Positions 1-13,714 of a stretch of DNA of 64,000 bases are shown here, one piece after another. Source of the DNA: Bugula neritina (lineage: Eukaryota > Animalia > Bryozoa); contig OZ037769.1 in NCBI GenBank assembly GCA_964035545.1, forward strand, positions 8,103,929 to 8,167,928, read 5' to 3'. Position 1 is the stretch's first letter; each line of letters starts with the position of its first letter. Made by a program: the position numbers and the translations under genes. The notes beneath the pieces were generated by a model, which saw only the letters and a list, made by a program, of their open reading frames with translations, made no database searches and was not told where the DNA came from.

Positions 1-1182
<1,182 letters not shown>

Positions 1183-1203
1183 TTACGAGCTAGCAATTTG
1201 ATT

Positions 1204-1399
1204 ATAAATAGGTATACGAGAAACATTGTTGATTTATTACTTTATTAGGTAAAGTAATTACACTGATATTTCGGGTACCACTGTACCCATCTTCAGAGTA
1301 GCAATGAAGATGGGTACAGTGGTACCCAAAATATATCAGTGTAATTACTTTACCTAATAAAGTAATAAATCAACAATGTTTCTCGTATACCTATTTATA
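1204..1399. repeat. Near-perfect ~195 bp inverted repeat (foldback) of the Penelope pLTR end
   Basis: 1204-1295 is the reverse complement of 1305-1399 with a ~9 nt spacer. The same sequence ends the PLE at 48382-48477. Confidence 0.92.
1262..1299 (-). ncRNA. Minimal type I hammerhead motif
   Basis: Minus strand reads act CTGAAGA t gggtac agtg gtaccc GAAA ta TC agt. AUAU palindromic stem III; AUC cleavage after 1265. Confidence 0.75.
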
Positions 1400-1409
1400 T
1401 ATATATATT

Positions 1410-1985
1410 TATATACCTTGATTATGATTAATTATGATTAAATATACGAAAAAATATTTCTTGTTTTATTACTTTATTAGCTAAAGTAATTGACTTATAT
1501 TTCGGACACCACTTTGCCCATCTTCAGAGTTACAATGAATAATCAAATTTCAAAAGTTATTACGTTACGTTGGACACTATGCATGACACAACGAATAGAG
1601 AGTGGCAGTTATTGCAAATTATTCAAACTGAAGGAAATAATCTTGCTTTTTATATTACGCAAGTCAAAATTGTGCTGATTTCTTTGCATAAAAAATAAAT
1701 AATTAGAGTTGACAAAATATAGATATCCAAATATAAAAACAACATGAATCAGTGAAAAGTGTGTGAGAGTTGAGTAGTGTAGAGCTTATTGGTATAGTTT
1801 TAGTGGTATGGAGTAATTTTGCTTGTTAACTTGCAGTTTTATTTGTTTAATGTAGAGAGCTTTAGCTAATTTGAGGTGGCGGATTCTTTTAAATGACTGA
1901 TTTAGAACTGTTACATTGTCTATTGAAATGCTTTGGTGGTTAGTGGTGGATCGAGATATGTTGATAATTTTTTGAATTAATGTCA
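1410..1985 (-). mobile_element. Inverted Penelope pLTR copy with GIY-YIG C-terminus (Poseidon/Penelope type)
   Basis: ORF 1786-1986 (ISIDNVTVLN...ALYIKQIK.Q.NKQNYSIPLKLYQ) matches the end of the 46677-48128 ORF. 1410-1720 is nearly identical to 48557-48860. Confidence 0.88.
1492..1531 (-). ncRNA. Minimal type I hammerhead motif (variant B)
   Basis: Minus strand reads aact CTGAAGA t gggca aagtgg tgtcc GAAA ta TA agt. AUA cleavage after 1496. Confidence 0.72.
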
Positions 1986-2480
1986 TGACAGTATTCTCTC
2001 AAAACAACACAAATTTATTCATTGCAAACATGAGCAAAAAGATTAAACAACTTCGAAACAACATTCAAGACCCTAAAGCTCAAAAATTGAACACTGTGAA
2101 GAGCCTACACAGTTTCTTTTCAGTTCAACTTACAAATCAACAGCAAGCTATTGCCAGAGAATTAGATGTACACACTCTTACAAGAGCTAACAAAATTTAT
2201 ATTAAATCAAAACTTGAATCTTTCTACCAACAAATTTCCTCAAATCAGCATCAAGCATCTAAAGATAAACTTGAAGTAATTAAAGGTAAATTCTTAGATA
2301 TACGTATGATCTAACTTTATAAAGATTAAAACACCAAAATATTTTGATGACTCTCCAAAAAAAATTGAAAAATAAAAAAGTTATCACATTAAACAAAACA
2401 AAGGAAAGGGTATACTTTTGTCATGAATAAAAAGGATTACATTAACAAATGTTAAGAAATACTGAAGACACCAAAATTTT
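1985..2480 (+). mobile_element. Decayed N-terminal (pre-RT) part of a Penelope-like ORF
   Basis: FFSVQLTNQQQAIAR.LDVH...KLESFYQQI, then a frameshifted KQNKGKGI..VMNKKDYINKC*EILKTPKF (KADKG-like motif that precedes the PLE RT). Confidence 0.65.
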
Positions 2481-2676
2481 CAACATGTTCCATCCTTTAA
2501 TTTTAAAAATTAGTTGAATATAACAAATTTTTTTTTCCTGTTATTGCAGTGTTATCTCAAACCAATGGTTTGCTTGAGTAAATATGAAACACAATTAAGC
2601 CTTTTTTCTCAGCTTGTTGATGTTCACATGATTTTACAATTAATATTATATTATAAACTGAGTGAGATGCAGCTAT

Positions 2677-5600
2677 TTAAGCATCACAGTTGACAGGTAT
2701 GGATGAGCAATTCTTTACGAGATCCAGTCTAAGCTCTTCAACAAAGATATGGAATGAAGATTGCCAGCCGGTGTAGGCATCAGTGCCATCAAACCCAGAG
2801 CATTGACCAACAGCATAGGTGATGTTGTGACTTCCCAAAGATATCCCGTGACATATTCCACTCACTGAAATATTTAACAAAAATCTGTATAAAGCTTGTT
2901 TGATCAGTTCTTTTTATAATTATTTGCGAATACATATTATACCAATATTAAAACATTACATGATATGGTTGTGCAGATAGTTGCTGTGTAAGTCGAAAAA
3001 AAATAAAGAGCTCAGAAATGAAAAAGTAGAAGCCTGTTCGGAATGAGCATACAGTTCATGTCTTGTATAAGCAACGTATAATTTGTGCCGTCTAAAACCA
3101 TTTACCTTGCATTGGACGGTGCATAGCTGTCTCCAAATTGAAGAAGTATAACCCTTCTATCCTCCCTGGTGAAGTACATTCAGCATTGCCAATTTTAAAA
3201 AACCTGTAATAAATACATATATTGGGTTAACATGTACAGTTTTATTACAATAACTAAAATTCCTTATCATTGAACTATTATTTTCATAAGCTTACCATCT
3301 CCCACAGTTTGAGTACCCATTACCCGATTTAATCTGATGATCTCCACTAGCTGTCAGTCTGAGTCCAGTGTCTGCATATTCCTTCACATAAGTTATGGTG
3401 TACAGATCTGCCACATCCTCTCCTTTATTACTTGCCCAGTAGTGAAATCTCTCTAGATTTCCGCTGTGACTTCGGTACATCTGCCGGTTACGGGATATTA
3501 CTAAAACATTGTATATGCAATTTTGTTAGAGAAGTATCTAATGAAAACCTCTAATAATAAATTGATTTATTACAGTTTATATTTGGGTTATAGATTTGAA
3601 ACAGCAATTAATGTAATATGCCGACTGCTTTCTGCACAATAAATTTAATTCAAACATACAAATTTTTCATTGTGGCAACAGGAAAGCTTGCCTTGTTAAT
3701 TTCGAATTAAATAAAGTTTTTGGAAACTTTCACGTTCTTAGCAGCTTAAAATTTTATACTTGCAGAGCAAATTTTAAACAATTTGTTTTGTTGGCTATAT
3801 GCATGCAGTTTAACTGAAACTATTTTTCATTCGAAAATACTTCTCAATTATAGTAACAAGTTACATTTATTTAAAGTCAAAGCCTATAAACTTAGTTAAA
3901 TAATGCATTCAATAAAAGAAACATACTTTCAATGAAAAAAATCATATTGTTGATTAGGAAAAGCAAATATTTCTACAGAGATATATTAGAAAATTGTATT
4001 CAAATATGTTTGGTAAGACAACTATATTATGTGACTTCTAACAAGAATTGATTTCCACTGCATTGACTTCGTGCATGATCTCTTCTCACTTTTTAATATG
4101 TATACTTAGAGCCTTGAATGCACTATATAACACCAATTGGAGCTCATTTAGAGCACTTGCATGAACAATTTTACTTTGTTATCCGTATTATATAAGAACT
4201 AAAATCTTAAAGTTATACTTATATACATATTAACTATAATATTATGCTTATTAGGAAGTCTATTAGCACCTCCATCAACCACAAGACCTCTCCTCACTTC
4301 TTCAATGTGCAGACGTGAAGGAGAGTTAAATCCACCAGTAACAATTCTTGTAGGTTGATTATAACTATCAATGCATCTCCCAACGTATATTCTAATGGTG
4401 TGTGTTCCTTTAGGCAATATGTTGTCACATATTCCTTCCACTGAAGCAAAAAGTTATGCAAAATACATATTTAGACTTACAGTTATATAAAATGCTGGTA
4501 AAAATTGATTGATTATTAGTGCTTGTCATACAGGGGACCAGCTGCCAAAAATGAAATTCTGTTTAGGCTTTTATAATTGAAATATTTTAAATGACTGGGT
4601 CTGATTTTGACTCATTAAATGCTCTTTTAATCAGTTGCAACAATAAAAATGACAGATTCACAACCATTATATAGAACTTTAGTAAAAAGCATAATCCATT
4701 GTTAATTTTTTAAAATAAATTTCATGAAACTCGGTACATATAATTGCATTAAAATTTTTATTTGTGTTGCCTATCAAAAACAAATAGTTCATAATGGCTA
4801 ACATAGCATCTTATGTAGCTAGAATAAATTTATCTCCAGTAATAGCTAATTTAAGCTAGCTTAAATTAGTAATCAACTATAACTAGTCGTTCACTCAAAC
4901 ATATAGCTTATGTAGTTGCTATACGAGACATAGCTTGATTACTGAGTTTGTATGCAATGTATCCCATGGCTGATCCGATACTGTAAACAAGCACTAATAA
5001 TAACTTAAGACGTGTTACTATACAAAAAACGAAATCAAAACCACAACAACACCCCTTATACTATCAAACATTTTGCCATTTGCCATTTGCCATTTTGCAG
5101 GTTTAAAAGCAAAGTTAGATCCATGGTTTAAAATATCAAATTTACAAAAGTACGCTGCTAGTTTCATAAAACGATAAAACAAGACCTAGCCCAGAAGACC
5201 GGTAGCCTAATAATTATAGTCTAATTATATACATCAACTGACAAAACAAATAATCTTTACCATATGAAAATTACCAACGGAGAGCTTATATATACTGCAC
5301 ATCAACAAATTGCTAGGGATTACAAAAAAAAATCAAAACACACTTCAAGAAATGAACTTAAAAGCTAAACATCGTTGCTTTGAAAAAAGACAATGTAATA
5401 TTTACAAGTTCCGCTTTTCCTATGATGCCTCCAGTATTTGTAGTTATTAGGTGAAGTGTGAGATATTACATAATCAAGTTGGGGAGAGCACTCACTGTCT
5501 TCTATCTTCACAAACCTGTACAAATGTGAGCAGCATCTAAGAATATACTAAAACCACCAACACACATAGAAATTGAAAAATGTTGAAATACAACTATAAA

Positions 5601-8600
5601 TTTTTAAATTCAAACTGCTAAATTTTTTAAACGACAATTGAAGCTCAAAATGGTGCCTGTTAAATGGTAATTGGCCAAAATGAACAAACTTTCACCAGCT
5701 ACATTTTACACTCGCCATGCATGCAACATTCTTTGGTCGCAGTCCGTGCAGCAAATCAGCATTGTGTGATTTTAAAGTACTTTCATTACAAAATATAAAT
5801 GGCTTATATAGTGTTAAATTCTCAAAAACCTCAGTTAATCACCTTGACAATTGAAATTGTTTTTTAATTTAGACACAATATATAGAAATAAATGTTGTAC
5901 CAAAAAGAATTCAATATAGTAGTTTGTTTTTTTATTCAAGAAAAAAAGCCATTTATAAACTTTTTAAAAAATGTGATAGACCAAACCTGTTATACTGTTT
6001 AAAATTTTGTGTGACCTAAAGCCTGAAACATGTATGAAATTGAGGTTGCTTTAACGGTATAATGCACTGGCAAAAAACTGCCAATAATGATCTATGATCA
6101 TGACAAACATATATATATGCATATTTTTGAGTGATTTCCTAAAAAAAGTTCCTTTAAGATTGTAAGATTACTATAATGAGAAGGAGGTTACTTGAAATTT
6201 TCCTAAAAAAGTCTTAAAACTTAATAAATTAAAAGTGTATATATATAGCAGCTCAACAAGTTGTAAAAATAAAGCAGTGTGAAATAACTAAGAAATACAA
6301 ACATAATTTATATAAATAATATAAGTAATAAATTATGCTAGTAAAAATACCTAAAGGTGTCACCTAAACTTTTTTATTACTTTATTATCAGTGTAAAAGT
6401 CACTGTTTAAAAATTATTACCTAAGGCATGGAACTTACCACCTGGCGCAGTAAGGTGGTGCTTTTGTATCAACAACTACAGATGCCAATGCGCTGTACTT
6501 TATTCTAAGACTTGTGTTGTCTGAAACTTTGTCGTATGTCACTTCCTGTGTAAATAAAATGCTAGCTTAACAAATAGATTATGCCGCTTGTAACTATATA
6601 TTTTTGTTTGAATATAGGATATTTAATTTTTATTCGAAGTTTATTAATCCGAAAATATATTATAATGCATGCTTCGAACACTGTGTAAATACTCCAATAA
6701 TAAAAATATTTTATTATAACACCGCTGTTGTAAAAGTCTGATAAAAAAGTAAGTCATGTTTCTTTCTTATCTTGGAGAGCAGTTGCAATGCTAGTAGCTA
6801 AAGTGCTGGGCTAGTAAACACAGGGTGGTAGGTTCAGATCTTGGTAAAGATAATTGGTGCTGCCAGAAAAGGCATTTAACGTCATAATTTTCTATGTGTC
6901 ACAGTAAAAGCAAGCCTTTAATCTCTCAGGAGTGTTTTCATTGGTGATGATTTTAGAAATAAGTGCGAGGATGAATACAAAATTATTTAAAACAACAAAT
7001 ATTTAATTAAACTCTTTTTAGTTGCCTATAGTTGAGATAATTTTAGCGCTATGGCTTGCCTTTAATAACACAATCTAAGGTTTCAAAAAGATTGAAAAGA
7101 AATTGTGACATTTGAAAATAAATTTGCCAAGATTCAATTGTTAGAATAGCTGCTACAGCAAAAAACAAAATATATTGTTGGGTACAAAGTCACACGTCCT
7201 TTAACAACTTTTTATAATTTTATAGTTTAATTTTTACTATCAAGTTTGATTTAAAAGCTGAAACTAGAAAATGGTATTATTCAGCCAGAGCTCATATTTT
7301 TGTGTGGTACGTTAGCTTAAGTGAATAAAGGTTTATGCATGCAGGAATATGTATAGATCATATAGTACCTTAATGAGGATTTCGTCAGCATGAAGATCAA
7401 CCGTCTGATCAACTTCTTCATTCCAAGTCTCATACATGTAGTTGAACCCATTGTGGAGAGGGCAGAAAAGAAGGTTTTCTTCTAAAACATATTGGTGAAG
7501 GATATTTATCTACAATATCCGATTTTCATCAAGCTGATAAATACGACTACCTAATATTCATTATAAAGTTGCTAAAGCAGCTGGCTAGTCAGCTAAATGA
7601 ACTTGTAAATTAACTTGATTGCTAACATATTCTTAAGATTTATCATTTGCCGGCAATACTATAAGAAAAGTTGCGTGACATATATTTTATTTGTTTTAGC
7701 TAATAGACTTAGCAATTTATGAATAATTAATCTGCTGCTTAAGCTTGAAATCAATAACAATATCAAATTTATTTTTTTAAGATATTGGCAGTGTTCCAAG
7801 TGAGTTTTACCACAATGTATATACACTGAATGGTTAATGGCACAAAGGACAAAGAAACACAAGTTTCTGGTGTTGATAATGATAGAGCTCAAACTCACTA
7901 CATCTGTCATGGTAATGTTGGGAACTTGATATATTGTGATTATTTATGATAATTTCCCAATGTAATTATAATTGACTTTGATTTTGCTAAATTTAAATTA
8001 CGAATATTTTGTAAAGTACTTTTAAGAACTGTGATGCTAAAAGCTAGAAAAAAATTTTTAATTTGCTTTATCGCAACACTTTAGAAACTAATTAGAACTA
8101 AATCAAAGAATTATTTGTCTTCACAGCGTTATATCTAATTCAGAAAGCTGCTGCATACCTAGAGTTACTTGTGGTGGCACCATCTCCATAATCAACATCG
8201 TTCTTGCAGAGTTCCATCCAGAGAGAGCATCACTGGTTCCATAACCATCACATGGGCCGACTACTAATTCTACTACTCTGTCACCAGCCTCCAGTCCATA
8301 GCATGTACCATCAACTAAATATTAGTTGATTTAAGTGACGCTAACATTACCTACTGCAACAAATTTGCAGAAATCAACACCAATTCTAGTTAGTCTCTGT
8401 TTTTATAAGTAATGCTCTTTGGTTTATAAAATTACATTGCATCTGGCATCTTAAAAATAAAAGTGGACATTTAAAGTTTTTAAAAACTTATTATCTTGTT
8501 ACATAGTCTTTTAACAGTGGTTTGTTTCATGAACAGCATATTATATTGCATTTCACTAAATAGTTCTTCTAGGAAAACAATCAATATTTAAAATAGTGTT

Positions 8601-11600
8601 GTTATACTAAACTTACTATCTATTGCTCGATGTAAATCTCCTGTAGTAGCACTGTAATCTAACACCTCAATAGTGTCTGGGTTAGAGCACTTGTTACCAT
8701 CGAATGTCAAGTACCAGTGGTGACAAAAGTCAACTATATTAGCATGGCCTCTGACAGCCATGTGGATAATAACTCTCAGTCCCGAGTCTGCCCTAGACTT
8801 TGGGTATGTGGCTATCTGAAAATATTGTTAACATAATCTGACTAACAGCTTCTTAAATCTTAAGTCAACACAAACCTAGTTTTGTATAAATAATGAAATA
8901 TATAATATATTATATATTGACGCAATTGCTTTAAATATAAATTCATTTTAGTTACTTTTTAAAAACAACAACTGGATGTTTTCAACAAAATTGTGAATTA
9001 AACCTAATACAGTTGCTCAGTACAAACTATTGCTATAATATTTTACAATTGTACATCTTACCATTATGATGCCTTCATCTGTGATATCTGGAAGATCTGT
9101 AGACCAATAATGTCTGATGTTTGTGTATTCATTTTTCAACCCACATTCAGTTGATTCTTCACCTGCTGTGGAATTATTCTCAAGTAATTACTAGAATCAA
9201 GATGGTTATAAAATAGACCTAATGTTATTTTACATAAATGCAATCTAACTTGGTGATTGTGCTTTTTTCAAACATAGAAGCTTATTCATAACTATAATCT
9301 ACAATTATTGCTATATGAAACGGGAATATATATACACTGTTGTTTTAATATTGTTACTTCGGTTTTGTGTACAGGCATAGCTAGACTGCTATGATATGTA
9401 AGATCTTGAATCACAGTGAATTTTAACATTGCAAAAAGAGTGAGAGATTAAAAAACCTTAATTATTTTCAGGAGAACATATTTCTACTTTATTCATAAAA
9501 TAGTGTGAGTTAATTGAATGCATCGATGCTTTGTTGAAGCACAATTATTTCATAGGTTCCTGTGATCTTGTATTGTGGTTAAACATGAGAATTCACCTAC
9601 CTAAGCAAATCGGGTTTTCCAAGACAGTCTCTCCACATCCAACCATGCAGATTTCTAAATTTGAACAATTTCTACCACTGCAGTTTGTCAGCTATCAAAC
9701 AGAAAAATAGACAAGTATTTATGTACATCACAATTGACAAATATATTCAATCAGTATATTAAATCAATAAACTAAAAATATACTTTGTGTTTAATATTTC
9801 TAAATATAACAAATATTTATAATTTATATTTGCGTGCATGTTAGCAGTAGCCCACAATAAAAGACTGAATAGAAAAAAGTATATTACAAAATATGTTTAA
9901 TTACTGGCATACTGTCTTTAAATCATACAAAAGAGATAAAATAATAAATTTATAAAAAGACTTTTAATATGTTTTATTATGCTGGTTTGATTTTAATTAT
10001 TGTTTAAAAACTGCGTAAATCAACAAGCTAAAATATTATTTGAAATGTAGTCTGTATACTCACTACACTACAGTTGTTCCCAATAAATTAGTAGTATAGC
10101 AGTATTTTACCCCGAAAAAGGTACCAAATAATTTTAATAAAATGAAATACAATCTAATATAAAAGTTTAAAGGCACCATCACCTCTGAAATTGTTGAGGG
10201 AAATTTAGCTTATTTAAATTTGATTGGGGTTTAAAGCTTACCTCCCCTGTTGCCATTAGCTCCATGAAATATCCGTCAACGGAACCATTTTTAGAAGATA
10301 AATTCAAAGTGGAAGTTGACCCATTCAATTCATAACACATTCCTAAAACAGCTATGATGCGTCATAATAGATATGAAATCACCAAACAAATATTTTAGGT
10401 GCATCATAAAGATGCATAATTAACCTGATTTCTTATTTGCTAGTAAAAAAGAAATTGAAATAAAAGTATCGCATTAGCATTATTCTCATTTGTTTATTTA
10501 TTATAATCATTTTAAGCTATACTTTAAAACATTTTGTTAAGTGCATACATATTTTATTAAATGAATCCATTGGACCCTATATAATATTAAAATTTCTTAG
10601 TTCACAATTTACACATTTCACACAAATTGCTACTTAAGTAACCAGTAACATATTATGCTACATTTATGTAATATAATAAATAAGATATAATATATTATGT
10701 AATATATTAAAATAATATTTATTGTATGATGAATTTGTAGAAAATTCTGAAAACAAAGTTCTAGGCAGCTGGCAACATACTTTTGTGCCATTTAATGTTA
10801 AACTATAAATCATTGAGTGACGAAGACTTTTTGCATTTGCAAATATTAATATTTAAATATTATTAGGAACTTTGCTGATGAAAATATGTGTGTGATTTAA
10901 TAAAAGTAAGCTTATAAAAAGGTCTGCAAAAGGCAAAACATGTTCTTCTCAAATCACAATGCAAATTTAGTTTTATTATAGAACTCATTATATATATGTC
11001 ACAATGTATGCAACAATTCAATGCACACATTTTATTACATGCTTATATAATAACAAACACTGTTGTTATATATGTAGTTATTGACTTGATATATATAATT
11101 GATGATTATTTTATAATATGAAAACAAAATAGCTTTTTAATGCAACCTTAGACATCAAACAATATTTTAATAATGCAGTTGATGTACAGAAAAGTGATTA
11201 TGTGACAAAGAAATTAAAACTAAAATAATGATCCATTAAGCATAAAATAGATGTCAATTGTTGTCAAACTTAATTGCAAAGACAAAAACAGCAAAGCTTA
11301 TATTTGAATTATTGATTTGTTCAAAAGTTTAAGCATTTGTTATAGTATCATGTAACAATTAAAAATAGCTATAGGCAATTTGACTTACATGCAGACGCAA
11401 ACAATCCACTACTACTTGTGTATATATCCACACACGGTTATAGAGGGTTGCTTGAGTCTGTAAGTCAAAATGCCTAGCTATTCCTAATTGTTACATGATA
11501 TTAATTAAATGGCTGTTGAGAGAAATATTTAAATTTTATCAACTTATATCTAGAACAAAATCACTTTATTTGTGTTGTTCAAAATATTTCTTTTACCAAT

Positions 11601-12356
11601 ATAGTTTCTAATTTCTAAACAATTTATTAAAACTGCTATCTTTTACCTGCATTGCTTCTAAAAATAGCATTACATTGCAAAGGGAAATTTCTCCAGCAGT
11701 TGACTAAACACTCTGTAAGACTTCTGGTTGATGATTTTCTGGTTATAAGAGAGCTCTTAGGGTTGAGATACTGGTCTTTTGATACACTGACAGAGTTTCC
11801 ACAGTCTGGTAAATCTACAAAATATTATGTGCAGGATACCAAGCTTAGCATTATCACAGGTTTATTCTATATGATTTTATTATTTTTAGAACATATAATG
11901 TATTATACTGATATATGCAAATAATTTATATGAAAACAATATGATTTTCTAGACTCAGTAGAATAACTATACAATAGGTTGCCACACAATACATTCAATG
12001 TTTAAACATTTTAACAGCAACTGCAGTATTATTTAGAGTAAGTTAAAAATTTATGTTGATTAACATGTTACTGAATCTAATCTTGTAGGAAATAATCATT
12101 TAATTATGCCAATGAATTCTGTAGTCTGCATGGCACAAAATGAATACCAATAAATCTAACTTTTTAGGTTGTTTAAAATTTACAATGAAAACAAAACCTA
12201 AATTTTAAAACTCATATTAAGCTGCTTTTCCCATTGATAACTTTATAAGTAATATATAATGACAGAAACACACTTACCTAATATACCCGTCATAGCTAAA
12301 TGAAATGATGATGAACATAACCAACTGATGAACAGTGTCGTACTTTTCAACTTCAT
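2677..12356 (-). CDS. Secreted protein, 628 aa: signal peptide + PAN/Apple domain + Cys-rich linker + 3 tandem CTHRC1 C-terminal-like domains (no collagen repeat)
   Basis: 14 coding exons with GT-AG boundaries and matching phases: 12278-12356, 11647-11814, 10242-10342, 9601-9691, 9062-9162, 8617-8815, 8159-8314, 7369-7481, 6439-6545, 5406-5515, 4270-4440 (weak donor), 3296-3500, 3106-3203, 2677-2864; total 1887 nt with no internal stop. N-terminus MKLKSTTLFISWLCSSSFHLAMTGIL. PAN: SLTECLVNCWRNFPLQCNAIFRSNAGMCYEL. Each repeat has YxKxxxxT/S(G/S)LR...CxxWYxxxxxxxC..IE...HR...xGxCxGL..G...VGxC...DAx(T/S)GWNS...IEE, as in the CTHRC1 C-terminal domain. Confidence 0.85.
6775..6900 (+). mobile_element. 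Degenerate tRNA-derived SINE in intron
   Basis: A-box-like tagtagctaaag and B-box-like ggttcagatctt, followed by a GGTGCTGCCAGAAAAGGCAT core-like segment. Confidence 0.4.
11346..11500. mobile_element. MITE-like foldback element in intron
   Basis: ~45 bp terminal inverted repeats: tatcatgtaacaatt..aatagcta..ggca.tttgacttaca / tgtaagtcaaaatgcctagctatt..taattgttacatgata. Confidence 0.7.
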
Positions 12357-13714
12357 CCTAAAATACATGAGTCAACTATTTTAGCTTATGTTATTCAATA
12401 TAAAAGTTTACATATATTATATTGATAATTGCTAGTGCTATAATAATCTTTTTTTTTATAATATTTTAGTAATAACATATGAACATTCTAACATAGCTAG
12501 AATTTTGAATAGATTTATATATAGATGTTAATAACTCATTTTCTTTTTAGGATAACTTGGAGCACTTGGGCATAGTTTAATTTGTTTGGTTATGCATAAT
12601 TTATCTATTTAAATTTTTTTTAAAAATAATAGTGGTTTTGGAACATGAGAAAAAACATTAGAATTTAAATTTGTCACAATAATTATGATATTTATAATTA
12701 TATCATAACAATTTATGTTATAATTATTTTCTAAACGAGCTACTATAAAATTGATTGAATTATCACAGTATCTATATAAGGTTTGAGATTTACCAATAAA
12801 ATGACAATAATTGAAATTTTCTAAATTACTTTACAGAGATTTTTTGCAATATATTGAATATTTCAATGCATAAATTAAACAAAAGCTGACCTTTTTCTAA
12901 CAAACCTCTCAACTTTAATTTATTTGTTATAACTGATATGTGCTAGGTCTATATATATATAGTGTCTAATAATGCAACAGTAAATAATTGACAGAAACTT
13001 GTTTATTAGTTTTTTCTCAATCATATTAAACAATAAATTCACCTTAATGTACTATGCAAAAATAAAAGGCTCTAATCAAAATTGTTTAATCTGGTAATTT
13101 TTCTATATTTTGAAAAATTCAATGTTTTACAAAATATATGACTCTATGATATATCAACAAGAATGTGAAGAAATAATGCGCTTGTTGCTTACTTATGTAT
13201 AATGAAAAAATACAAACACAAAAATTAGGTATACATTAAAAAAGACACCTAAATATTAAACTAAGCATTGAATAATAAAAAAAATTGTTTATAAAACAGT
13301 TTAAAGAAGTTTATAGATTGTAAACGCATAGTGAAATACCTGACTCGACAATTAAGAGAAGGCAGACATAAGAGCTGGTTTAATGTGTGTAGACCAACTG
13401 CAAGCACCTTCACCAAGAAACTGCAACAGGAATATTGATTTCTATCTGCTGTCGTAATTTCAGTATCTATTGATTGTTTGCATATTTTATAACAACATTA
13501 CTCCACAGTATAATATTGCAATAGCATAATATTTATATATACATACATATCATATTATTTTATGTTTCTGTATTCTGAACAATAATTATTGATGTGTGAT
13601 ATTTTGCTAGTAAATGTTTTTATTTTGAAGATTTGCAGTTTTTGTAATGACTGTATTTGATGTCTTATACTCACTAACCATTAACACTGTGATTATAGTC
13701 TGGCAGAACTGGGG

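Noticed and set aside
1305-1340. Plus-strand hammerhead copy in the foldback
   Set aside because: Core reads aTGAAGA and AAAA in place of CUGAAGA and GAAA; predicted inactive.
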